Shown here: positions 17,836-27,585 of the stretch, in pieces | How the letters are laid out: each line of letters starts with the position of its first letter | How positions within the stretch are numbered: the stretch's first letter is position 1 | Assembly: GCA_018266355.1 (NCBI GenBank) | Contig: JAFEAP010000005.1 | Location: 212,546-244,545 of the forward strand | From: Bdellovibrionales bacterium | GTDB taxonomy: Bacteria > Bdellovibrionota > UBA1018 | Length of the DNA stretch: 32,000 nt | Direction of reading: 5' to 3' | The notes under the pieces: generated by a model | Database searches by the model: none | What the model was told of the DNA's origin: nothing | What the model saw: the letters and a program-made list of their open reading frames with translations, nothing else | Program-made: the position numbers and the translations under genes

Positions 17836-18909
17836 TTAGACGTTAATGCCGAGCACGCGGTATTCCGCGAGCTTGTTCCGAAGCGTCCGAATGGAGATTC
17901 CGAGCGCCTTGGCGGTGTGGGTCCGGTTGCCTTGGTGATATTCGAGGGCTTGCAGGATGACCATCCGCTCGATGTCGTTGAGCGTTTCGCCCGGGGACCA
18001 CGGATTCTTGTCCGCGGCGCCGGCGCCGTTCCCCACGGCGAGGCTGAGCGTCTCGGTGCGCATGCGGCGCTCGATGACGACGTCCTTCGATTGGATCAGC
18101 ATGCCCTGCGCGGTGATGACGGCGCGCTCGATCACGTTCTCGAGTTCGCGGACGTTGCCCGGCCAGGTGTGCATGTCGAGGATCGCGAGCGCCTCGGACG
18201 AGATCCCCGAAAGCCCCTTGCCGTTCTTCTCGGCGTAGAACTTGATGAAGGACTCGGCGAGCACTTTCACGTCGCCCGTCCGGTCGCGGAGCGCCGGCAA
18301 GGTGAGATTCACGACGTTCAGACGATAGAAGAGGTCTTCGCGGAACGAACCTTCGCGGACGCAGTCGGAGAGGTTCCGGTTCGTGGTGGCGATGATCCGG
18401 ACGTCGATCGCCGTCGGCTTGCGGCCGCCGATGCGGTCGACCTGGCTTTCCTGGATCACGCGGAGAAGTTTCGCCTGGAGGCGGATATCCATCTCGGAGA
18501 TCTCGTCGAGAAGGATCGTGCCGCCGTGGGCGAGCTCGAATTTGCCGGCTTTCGCCGCGACCGCGCCGGTGAAGGCGCCGCGCTCGTAGCCGAAAAGTTC
18601 GGATTCGAGGAGGTTTTCCGGGATCGCCGCGCAGTTGATCGCGACGAACGGCTTGTTCGCGCGGTTCGACGAGGAATGGATCAAGCTCGCCATAAGCTCC
18701 TTACCCGTTCCGCTCTCGCCCTGGATCAGGACGGTGGCCTTGCTCTGGGCGACGGTGCGCGCGAGGTTCATGATATCGCCGAGCTGGCGATCCTTCGTCA
18801 CGATTCCCGCACTGCCTGCCGACGCGCTCGCCGACGAATTCGCCGGGAATCCGGCCCCTTGAAACTTCTCCATCGTCCCCTCCTTGGTCGTTTCCATCAC
18901 ATCCATCAT
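17836..18909 (-). CDS. Sigma-54-dependent transcriptional activator, AAA+ and Fis HTH only (FlbD/FlrC-like, no receiver domain)
   Basis: ATG at 18909 with [16 protein letters not shown] Walker A, GYERGAFTGA loop, GGTILLDEI Walker B, HTAKALGISIRTLRNKLAEY HTH. Upstream part of the 493-aa ORF lies out of frame within the neighbouring TPR gene. Confidence 0.93.
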   Translation of the reverse strand: MMDVMETTKEGTMEKFQGAGFPANSSASASAGSAGIVTKDRQLGDIMNLARTVAQSKATVLIQGESGTGKELMASLIHSSSNRANKPFVAINCAAIPENLLESELFGYERGAFTGAVAAKAGKFELAHGGTILLDEISEMDIRLQAKLLRVIQESQVDRIGGRKPTAIDVRIIATTNRNLSDCVREGSFREDLFYRLNVVNLTLPALRDRTGDVKVLAESFIKFYAEKNGKGLSGISSEALAILDMHTWPGNVRELENVIERAVITAQGMLIQSKDVVIERRMRTETLSLAVGNGAGAADKNPWSPGETLNDIERMVILQALEYHQGNRTHTAKALGISIRTLRNKLAEYRVLGINV

Positions 18910-21695
18910 AGTGAATTGCCCTCCATGGCATTCGTGCCCGCGAGTTTCTTGCGGGCGAGCTCTTTCCAAAAATCGTCTTTTTCGCTGCCGGCGGCGCGCT
19001 TGAGCAGCTCTCCGACCTTCGCTTCGTCGCCGCCGATCTTCTCGAGCGAGAGCGCGTACTGGTAGATCGCGCGGTTTCCGCCGAGCCCCGCGTTCACGGC
19101 TCGCCCGTAGGCATCGGCCGCTTCTCCGTATTTCCCGAGCTTCGCCGCGAGTTCGCCCTCGGCGAGGATCCACGCTTCTTTCCCGGCGATCGGCTTCAAG
19201 CCCACGCCTTCGGCTTTCGCGCGCGCGCCCGGAGCCGGGTTCGAGTTCTGGAGTTTCCGGAACGCTTCGATCGCCGAGCGCGTATTGCCGCCGTCGGCTT
19301 GGAGGTTCGCGATCCACTGATCGAGCGAGATGCGCTCGACGGAATCTTCCTTCGTCAGCTTCGCGAGCAGCATCGACGCCTTCGAGGCGTGGAGGAGCGC
19401 GGTCGCGTAGCTTTTCGAACGTTCGGCGATCAAGCCGAGGATGATCTCGCGCTGGTAAGCGAACGGGGATTCGTCGGCGACCTTCGCGAGCTTCGCCTTC
19501 ACGTCGTCGACGCTACCCTTCGAGATCCAAAGCGCCTTCGCGTCGGTGAACGCGCGCTCCGAGACCTTCAGCCGGGTATCGAGGTTCGATTCGTCGGACG
19601 CGACCGCGCGGCCGGAGGAGAGGCCGAGCGCCTTCGCTTCCGCGTCGTAGCGTTTCGCGATCGTGCCGGCCGTCCGCCCGAGCCCGAGCTCGGCGGCGAC
19701 GCGCGAGAGGCGGAGGAGATAGTCGGGGTCCGAAAGCGCGAGGCGCTCCGGCGTGACGTCTTCCGGCAGGTTTTCGGTGAGATTCACCCGCGCGCCGTAC
19801 TTATCGTAAAACTCGACCGCCTCGAACTTCTTGCCGGCGTCGAGGAGCGCGAGGACCTGTTTCCGGAAAAGTTTCCGCTCCATGTCTTGGAGCCACGCGT
19901 AAGCGCCGCTCTTGCGCGAGACTTCTTCCTTTTCCCGGATCGCGGCGTCGAGCGCGGCGACCGGATCGTCGAGGAGGATCATCGACCGCACGCGGATCAT
20001 CGACCGGAACTCGCCGAAGCGCTCCATGCGGATCTCGCCTTTGCCGTCGAACTTCTCGGTCTCGTTCTTGAAGAAATCGGCCGCCGTGCGCGCATCGAAC
20101 CCGCCGTGGTCGTCGCACGGAACGAGGCGCATCCGCGCGATGATCGCGCCGGGGCTGAAGGGGTAACGGTTGATCGTTTCGAGGAAGCCCGCGCGGGCCT
20201 TCGCGATCGAGTCCGGGCCCGGGCGACGGCCTTCGATCTCGGCGAGGCGGATAAGCGCGCGCCATCCCGCGGGATGCCCGGGGAAGCGGACGGCGAAATC
20301 CTTGAATTGGGCTTCGGCGCGATCGAGCTGGCCAAGCCAGTAAAGCGCCTCGCCGCGGTTGATCTGCGCGGAAGCGAGCGCGGCGGATTCCGCCGGGAAC
20401 TTCTGCGACGCGCGGAAATACGCGGCGAGGGCTCGGTCGTACTGTTCGCGAAAGAGGTAGGCGTCGCCGATGCGGAGGCTCGCCATCGCGCGCTCGGAAG
20501 TCTCCGGCGCGTTCGCCTCGACCCACTCGTATTCGCGGACGGCGCGGTCGGTCTGCTTGATCTTGTAGAGGCTTTCGGCCGCGATCAGGCGCCACGCCCA
20601 GACGTTCCGGTGTTTCGGATATTCGGTCGCGATCCAGAGGTAACGCTCGATGGTTTGGAGCTCGTTCCCCTCTTTCCGTTTCTCGCCCGCGAGGTAGAGC
20701 GCGGAAGCGAGCGCGGCCGGGGTGCCCGGATTCTTCTCCCGGAGCACGTCGAAGGCGGCGGAGGCCTCGTCCTTCAGCCCGAGCCGGAGGAGCGCGTTCG
20801 CCTTCAGGAATTCCATGTCGACGCGGTGGATGCTGTCGGGCCGTTCCTTGATCAGGAAATCGACGGTCCGCGCGGCGAGCGCGAAATCCCGCTTCTCGTA
20901 GAGTTCGAGCGCGAGCTTCACGTATTTCGCGTCAGGCGCGCCCGGTTTCGCGGGCAAGAACGGATATCCCTCGTCCGGAAGGCCCGTGGGCAGGTAATCG
21001 GCGAGGTTCGGCGTCTCGTGTTCGGGCATGAACTCGAGGAAGAGGTCGACGCCTTCGCGGAGCGGTTCCTTGCAGAACCGGGCGACGTCGGATTCGATGG
21101 CGAGCGCCTGCTCGGCGGCGATCCGGCGGTCGCGGCGTTTCTTCGCCTCGGCGGCGGCGCGGTCGATCGACGCCTGTTTCGCCTTCGCCGCCGTTTCCTT
21201 CTTCACCTGGGCGATCGTCACGCCGCCCTTCGGCCAGAAATCGACGACGAACCGCGCGGGCTCCTTTTCGCGGTAAGTGAAACGCTCCATCTTCGGGTTC
21301 GCGATCGCGTTCTCGCCGGTGGGGAAATTCCATTTTCCGTCGATACGCACGCCGGCGTCCGTTTCGGCCGCCTTCACTTCGGCGATCCGCGGATCGCGAA
21401 GCGCCTCGAGATCGGCCTCGCCGAGGTAGAGGTCCGCGAAGGTCACGCCGCGCAGGAGGAGCGAAAACCCGCCGGACGTCTCTTTCCATTCGGTTTCGAC
21501 CGACGGATCGATCGAGACGGCGAGGCGCGAGTGGGTCTTGAACGTTTCGATTTGGACGGCGGAAGACGGACGAGCGAAGACGCTCGGAGCGGCCGTCAAA
21601 ATGCCGGCGAACGCGACGACGAGCGCGCGAGCGGTCGTCTTGAGACGACGCTTTTCCCCGGGAGACGAATCGTAAGCTTCCTGCTTTTTCGTCAT
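18906..21695 (-). CDS. Large exported TPR-repeat protein with AMIN-like N-terminal region (929 aa)
   Basis: Multiple TPR-like helices (e.g. TDRAVREYEWVEANAPETSERAMASLRIGDAYLFREQYDRALAAYFRASQKFPAESAALASAQINRGEALYWLGQLDRAEAQFKDFAVRFPGH); N-terminal membrane/signal segment. Start MTKKQEAYDSS at 21695 preferred over the GTG at 21749. Confidence 0.8.
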   Translation of the reverse strand: MTKKQEAYDSSPGEKRRLKTTARALVVAFAGILTAAPSVFARPSSAVQIETFKTHSRLAVSIDPSVETEWKETSGGFSLLLRGVTFADLYLGEADLEALRDPRIAEVKAAETDAGVRIDGKWNFPTGENAIANPKMERFTYREKEPARFVVDFWPKGGVTIAQVKKETAAKAKQASIDRAAAEAKKRRDRRIAAEQALAIESDVARFCKEPLREGVDLFLEFMPEHETPNLADYLPTGLPDEGYPFLPAKPGAPDAKYVKLALELYEKRDFALAARTVDFLIKERPDSIHRVDMEFLKANALLRLGLKDEASAAFDVLREKNPGTPAALASALYLAGEKRKEGNELQTIERYLWIATEYPKHRNVWAWRLIAAESLYKIKQTDRAVREYEWVEANAPETSERAMASLRIGDAYLFREQYDRALAAYFRASQKFPAESAALASAQINRGEALYWLGQLDRAEAQFKDFAVRFPGHPAGWRALIRLAEIEGRRPGPDSIAKARAGFLETINRYPFSPGAIIARMRLVPCDDHGGFDARTAADFFKNETEKFDGKGEIRMERFGEFRSMIRVRSMILLDDPVAALDAAIREKEEVSRKSGAYAWLQDMERKLFRKQVLALLDAGKKFEAVEFYDKYGARVNLTENLPEDVTPERLALSDPDYLLRLSRVAAELGLGRTAGTIAKRYDAEAKALGLSSGRAVASDESNLDTRLKVSERAFTDAKALWISKGSVDDVKAKLAKVADESPFAYQREIILGLIAERSKSYATALLHASKASMLLAKLTKEDSVERISLDQWIANLQADGGNTRSAIEAFRKLQNSNPAPGARAKAEGVGLKPIAGKEAWILAEGELAAKLGKYGEAADAYGRAVNAGLGGNRAIYQYALSLEKIGGDEAKVGELLKRAAGSEKDDFWKELARKKLAGTNAMEGNSL

Positions 21696-22052
21696 TTCCT
21701 GCCTTGCGAGGACCCCGGGCTCATCATGAATCCGGAGTGGTCCTCCCACTCTATCCGGATAGATAAAGCAACCCAGGTGCCAATCCGGCGCTCGTTGCCG
21801 ATTCGTTTTCGCCGACCGGCAGAAGGTTCCGATCCGTAACCGCTTTCGGGCGAAAATATTTTCCTAGACGCGACGAGTCACCTTAATTTCCTCTCATGTG
21901 ATTTTGTCGCGGTTCTTGACTAAACCGTCAGAAAGTACGACGTGCTCCGTCAAACTCAAAACAGTCCCTCCATCCGCGCACGGACCTTCTCAGGGCACTT
22001 GCAGTCGGGCGACCAAACGTTTCTAATCAAAGGACAAGGAAACTCACCCCTC

Positions 22053-22628
22053 TTGATCCGCATCCGGTCCCTCGCATTTTCCTTCGTCACGCTTTTGACG
22101 CTCGCCTCTTGTTCGACTCTCGTCGGCAATGTGAAACCCGTCGACCAGAAGTCGACCGATTACGGCGTGATCGACCTCTCGAAAGAGAATCCGAAGGTGT
22201 GGAAGCGCCTCGACGATTCGGCGCTTCGCCCGAAGGACGCCCAAATCGGATCGAACAAGCAGGCGTTTTCGTCCGAGATCACCGACCTCGCCTTCCAGTC
22301 GAAACGCACCTCGGCGATCATTTCGCTGAATTCGTCCTGCCGCGAAGGCCGCGAATCGATCGGAGACCTCGCGCCGTACATGAAGGAACTCCTCCTCGGC
22401 ATGCGCGAGGTGACCGAGCGCGAAGAGACCACGCGCCGAATCGACGGCATCGAAGCGCTTCAGACGATCGTCGCCGGCACCCTGGCGGGCGAGCACACGA
22501 AGATCCACGCCATCGTCCTTTCGAAAGAAGGGTGCGTCTACGACCTGATGTACATCTCCCGACCCGAGCGCTATCCGACGCACGAAGGCGACTTCAATCG
22601 CTTTGTTTCCTCGCTAAAGCTGCGTTAA
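22053..22628 (+). CDS. Putative lipoprotein preceding the MCE/Mla-type transporter genes
   Basis: Lipobox LTLASC; probable TTG start at 22053 with AAGGA upstream (ORF track start 21942); stop 11 nt before the mlaE-like start. Confidence 0.65.
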   Translation: MIRIRSLAFSFVTLLTLASCSTLVGNVKPVDQKSTDYGVIDLSKENPKVWKRLDDSALRPKDAQIGSNKQAFSSEITDLAFQSKRTSAIISLNSSCREGRESIGDLAPYMKELLLGMREVTEREETTRRIDGIEALQTIVAGTLAGEHTKIHAIVLSKEGCVYDLMYISRPERYPTHEGDFNRFVSSLKLR

Positions 22629-22638
22629 CCTTCAGGAA

Positions 22639-23421
22639 GTGAGTACGAACGGCTCCGGCTCGGGACCGGCCAATTCCCTGATCGAATTCTCCGGCGGGTT
22701 CGCCCACCTCGTGCGCGACGTCGCCCGGGAGATCGTGCGTCCGCCGCTCTACTTCCGCTTGATCCTCGACCAGGTCTTCCACATCGGCGTGAACTCGTTC
22801 CTCCTCGTCGCCGTCACCGGCCTCGCCTCGGGCTCGGTCATGGCGCTCCAATTCGGGTTCGGTCTCGCGAAGTTCGGCGGCACGCTTTACGTGCCGAAGA
22901 TCACGTCGCTCTCGATCTTGCGCGAAATGGGTCCGGTCTTCACTTCGCTGCTCGTCGCCGGCCGGATCGGCTCGGGCATCGCGGCCGAAGTGTCTTCGAT
23001 GAAGGTGACCCAGCAGATCGACGCGATCCGCGCGCTCGGCACGAGTCCGGTGAAGCGGATCGTGGTACCGCGCCTCCTCGCCTGCATGATCGCGCTGCCG
23101 CTGCTCACGCTCTTCGCCGACTACATCGCGCTCTGGGGCGCGATGATCATCTGCAAGGTCGAGCTCGGCATCGGCCAGAGCTTCTTCATCGCGAAGACCC
23201 TCGAGACGGTGAAATCCGCCGACCTTTTCTCGGGGATGCTGAAGACGGTCGTCTTCGCTTTCTTCATCGCGATCACGGCGTGCTGGAAAGGATTCAATAC
23301 CGAAGGCGGAACGGAAGGCGTCGGCAACTCGACGACCTGGGTCGTCGTCACGTCGAGCATCTTCATCCTCGTCAGCGACTTCTTCCTGACGAAACTTTTC
23401 ATCATCACCCTTTACACATGA
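22639..23421 (+). CDS. mlaE: MlaE/YrbE family ABC transporter permease
   Basis: VPKITSLSILREMGPVFTSLLVAGRIGSGIAAEVSSMKVTQQIDAIRALGTSPVKRIVVPRLLACMIALPLLTLFADYIALWGAMI motif. Start codon position uncertain. Confidence 0.93.
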   Translation: MSTNGSGSGPANSLIEFSGGFAHLVRDVAREIVRPPLYFRLILDQVFHIGVNSFLLVAVTGLASGSVMALQFGFGLAKFGGTLYVPKITSLSILREMGPVFTSLLVAGRIGSGIAAEVSSMKVTQQIDAIRALGTSPVKRIVVPRLLACMIALPLLTLFADYIALWGAMIICKVELGIGQSFFIAKTLETVKSADLFSGMLKTVVFAFFIAITACWKGFNTEGGTEGVGNSTTWVVVTSSIFILVSDFFLTKLFIITLYT

Positions 23422-24173
23422 GCGCGCACGAATCCCCCGAAATCGTCCTCGAGATGCGCGACGTTCACAAAGCCTTCGGCGCGAAGGTCGTCCACCGCGG
23501 CGTGAGCTTCTCGCTCCGGAAAGGAGAGATGCTCGGACTCTTCGGCGGATCGGGGACCGGGAAGAGCGTGCTCATCCGCTCGATCATCGGGCTCGAGCAG
23601 CCCGATCGCGGCGAAGTGCTCTTCGAGGGCCGGAACCTCCTCACCCTCACCGAGCGCCAGCTCTACAAAGTCCGCACGAAGATCGGGTTCGTCTTCCAAA
23701 ACGGCGCGCTTTTCGACTCGCTCACGGTCGAGGAGAATCTCGCCTACCCGCTTCGCGCCCACACGACGCTTACCGACGAGGAGATCCAAGCCCGCATCGA
23801 AAAGATGCTCGAGCTGATCGACATGAAAGGCACGAACGATCTCCTACCGAACGAGCTTTCCGGCGGCATGCAGAAACGCGCGGGCATGGCCCGCGCGACG
23901 ATCCTCGAACCGTCGGTCATCCTCTTCGACGAACCGACGGCCGGCCTCGATCCGGTGAACACCCGCCGCCTCACCGGAAACATCACGAAGCTGAAGGACC
24001 GAGGCATCACCGGCATCTTCGTCACCCACGACATCCCTGCCGCCTTCGAGATCTGCGACCGCGTCGCGATCCTCCGGGAAGGCGTGATCCACGTCATCGA
24101 CACCGTCGAGAACATCAAGCGGTCGAAGGACCCCTTCGTCCAGTCCTTCGTCCAAGGAGCCTATTACACATGA
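23418..24173 (+). CDS. mlaF: MlaF-like ABC transporter ATP-binding protein
   Basis: Walker A GGSGTGKSVLIRSI, signature LSGGMQKRAGMARA, ILFDEPTAGLDPV; start ATG 23418 overlaps the mlaE-like stop. Confidence 0.95.
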   Translation: MSAHESPEIVLEMRDVHKAFGAKVVHRGVSFSLRKGEMLGLFGGSGTGKSVLIRSIIGLEQPDRGEVLFEGRNLLTLTERQLYKVRTKIGFVFQNGALFDSLTVEENLAYPLRAHTTLTDEEIQARIEKMLELIDMKGTNDLLPNELSGGMQKRAGMARATILEPSVILFDEPTAGLDPVNTRRLTGNITKLKDRGITGIFVTHDIPAAFEICDRVAILREGVIHVIDTVENIKRSKDPFVQSFVQGAYYT

Positions 24174-24943
24174 AAGACACCCGTTCGAACGACTTCAAGG
24201 TCGGCATCTTCGTCACGCTCGGCGTGGCCTTCTCGATGGTCACGATCCTCGTCCTCGGCGGCGCGGAGAACGCCTTCACCCGGAAGGTGAACTACAATAC
24301 CCATTTCCCGGCCGCGAACGGGCTGGTCACCGGCTCGAAAGTCGTCCTCTCGGGGATTCCCGTCGGGACCGTCCACGAAGTCGAATACGAGCCGGCGACG
24401 AAACTCGTCCGCATCGAGATCTCCGTCCAGCGGAAGTACGCCGAGTTCATCACCGAAGGCTCGACCGTCGAGATCAACACCCAGGGCGTCCTGGGCGACA
24501 AATACCTCGGCATCAATCCCGGCGGCGTCGGCAAGGAGCTCGCCGAAGGCGCGGACATCCCGAACCTGCCCTCGAGCGACGTCTCGGCTTTCCTTTCGAA
24601 GACCGACGCGGTCATGGTGAACGTGAACGCGACCGTCGAGAGCTTGAACCGGCTACTGAAATCGCTCGAGCGCGGGAACCGCCTCGATCAGATCATCGAA
24701 AACCTCTCCTCGACGACGAAGGGCCTATCCGAATTCGCGAACGGGAAGAACATGGCGAAGTCTTCGAAGTCCCTCGCCGACATCCTCGATAAGGTGAATA
24801 ACGGCGCCGGCACCCTCGGCGCGCTCGTGAACGACCCCGGCCTCTACGAGGACGCCCGCGCCCTCGTCGGCGGCGCGAATCGGAACCGGATCATCCGGAA
24901 CCTCGTGCGCGAGTCCGTGAAAGACGGCACGACGAAGCAGTAG
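24170..24943 (+). CDS. mlaD: MlaD/MCE domain substrate-binding protein
   Basis: N-terminal TM then MCE domain NGLVTGSKVVLSGIPVGTVHEVEY...GVLGDKYLGINPG; 4-nt overlap with the ATPase gene. Confidence 0.93.
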   Translation: MKDTRSNDFKVGIFVTLGVAFSMVTILVLGGAENAFTRKVNYNTHFPAANGLVTGSKVVLSGIPVGTVHEVEYEPATKLVRIEISVQRKYAEFITEGSTVEINTQGVLGDKYLGINPGGVGKELAEGADIPNLPSSDVSAFLSKTDAVMVNVNATVESLNRLLKSLERGNRLDQIIENLSSTTKGLSEFANGKNMAKSSKSLADILDKVNNGAGTLGALVNDPGLYEDARALVGGANRNRIIRNLVRESVKDGTTKQ

Positions 24944-24976
24944 CGCTTCGAATCGCCCTTTGCCCGCGGAGGCTCG

Positions 24977-25873
24977 TTAACCGCCGGATCCGGCCTTCTT
25001 AACCGAGGGCTTCGTACGTACGGGCTTCGTGGGCACGACCCGCTTCGGCGGCGGACCCTGTCCCTCCGTCTTCGCTTGTTCATCGTCGCAAGCACCCGAC
25101 ATAAGGCCCGCGTCGCAGATCGGCTCCACGACGATCGGCTTCATCCGGCTGGTCTCGTCGATTTTCTCGGCGCCGGGTATTTTTCCCGACTTCTTCGCGT
25201 TCCAAGCGAGGTTTCCGTGCTCGCAGTGGTTATCGAAGAAGAAATCCATTTCGCCCGAGCTCGAACCGACCTTGCAGAGGTCGATGCCGTTATCGGTATT
25301 CACGAGGAAACCGGGCCGCATGGAATCGCAGTCCGTCGAACCGGATTTTTGGGTCCAGCAAACCTTCGGCAACGGCTCGGCGTCCTTACATCCGGCATCG
25401 TTATGATAACGGCCGACCACCCATCCGGCGACGGAGCAAACGCTCGGAGCCCCGCCCGAGGAGTTAGGATCCGTCTGGTAATCGCTATAGACCGAAGTGA
25501 CCGGCACGATTTGACCCTTCGAGCAGGTGTCCTGGCCGTTCGATTGGGGCTCGATGAAGAAGCAGTCGGACTGCGCGGGAGGGTCGACGCGCGCCGATTT
25601 TTTCGGCCACTGCGGGGCCCTAGCCGAGGGAATCTTCCCCGTATTTTCTCCCGCCGCTACGTTTCCGTTCTCGCCCCGGACGCAATCTCGCCGCGAACGA
25701 TAAAAGGCGAGTTCGAAATCCTCGCCGACCTTGCATTGTTCGATTCCGTCGACGATCGCGAGACTGCCCCGGTGACATCCTTTCGTCGCCTGCACGAAAC
25801 AAGGGGCGGCGATCGCCGAACCCGCACCGAACGCGACCATCACCACCAAAACTCGAACCGAACGCATCATCAT
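24977..25873 (-). CDS. Secreted cysteine-rich protein with three repeated ~80-aa modules, function unknown
   Basis: Start MMMRSVRVLVVMVAFGAGSAIA at 25873 (SD GGAG), signal peptide, 14 cysteines in a 4+4+4+2 pattern in the mature part. Confidence 0.75.
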   Translation of the reverse strand: MMMRSVRVLVVMVAFGAGSAIAAPCFVQATKGCHRGSLAIVDGIEQCKVGEDFELAFYRSRRDCVRGENGNVAAGENTGKIPSARAPQWPKKSARVDPPAQSDCFFIEPQSNGQDTCSKGQIVPVTSVYSDYQTDPNSSGGAPSVCSVAGWVVGRYHNDAGCKDAEPLPKVCWTQKSGSTDCDSMRPGFLVNTDNGIDLCKVGSSSGEMDFFFDNHCEHGNLAWNAKKSGKIPGAEKIDETSRMKPIVVEPICDAGLMSGACDDEQAKTEGQGPPPKRVVPTKPVRTKPSVKKAGSGG

Positions 25874-25908
25874 AAAGATCTCCGACACACGAGAGGCAGA
25901 AACGGAAA

Positions 25909-25943
25909 GGCCCCGGGTCTCGCATCCTACGAAACCCGGGGCC
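25909..25943 (-). terminator. GC-rich terminator-like hairpin between the sigma-54 activator and the Cys-rich gene
   Basis: Perfect 10-bp stem GGCCCCGGGT ... ACCCGGGGCC with 15-nt loop; U-rich on both sides (minus: TTTCCGTTTC; plus: ATTTCTTTC). Confidence 0.65.
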
Positions 25944-26046
25944 ATTTCTTTCACCCGGGGGGTAATCCGGATTTAACTGAGTACACGGACTGGACCACTA
26001 CAGGACTCCCAGACTCGGCTGCCCGAAGCGGGCGGCCTCGTTACGA

Positions 26047-27111
<1,065 letters not shown>

Positions 27112-27289
27112 CAATGCTCCCTCCTAACCCGTCCGTGAGTTTTGTCAGATAATGCCTTAGCGGACATTCTCGGAAAGGAGGTGCACTCGGAGGCCGAAGC
27201 GATGGCAGTCGTTCAGGCTTAGGAGCGCTGCTTGAAACTTCCTTGACGTCGTCGTCGAAGAAATCCCCGACTTCCGGTCGGTTCCGGCC

Positions 27290-27303
27290 CGGGTTTAAAC
27301 CCG
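27290..27303. repeat. 14-bp perfect palindrome in the upstream region of the second sigma-54 activator
   Basis: CGGGTTTAAACCCG. Confidence 0.6.
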
Positions 27304-27585
27304 AACCTTCAGGCAGCTTTCAGCGATCTTTCCGTGTTCGCCAGAGTCAACTCATCGTCGACTCGAGAATTAGGCTAAGCAGTTTCTGCCGGGTCGTCAA
27401 AATTTTTTTATAAGATCGTCAAAGATTTTTCGAAAACCTTACGATTTCAGGGGCTTGCGGCCGAACTTTTTTCACTCGTTTCGGAAGAAAAAATCACCGA
27501 ATCGTCGCTCCGCATCATCGCTCGAAATCCGCACCTAGAGCGGCTCGGCAAACTCCTTCTCGACCGACTGCGAAATCGCGCGGAA

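Noticed and set aside
18912-19317. N-terminal extension (MDREPPSRRRQYALG...) of the sigma-54 activator ORF
   Set aside because: Out of frame inside the TPR gene with a random-looking Arg-rich sequence; the ATG at 18909 has a good SD.
21751-21762. 12-bp palindrome CTATCCGGATAG upstream of the TPR gene
   Set aside because: Short enough to occur by chance and no supporting promoter context; not promoted to a finding.
19299-21839. 846-aa plus-strand ORF opposite the TPR gene
   Set aside because: Antisense shadow ORF with biased, domain-free composition; the minus-strand TPR protein explains the region.
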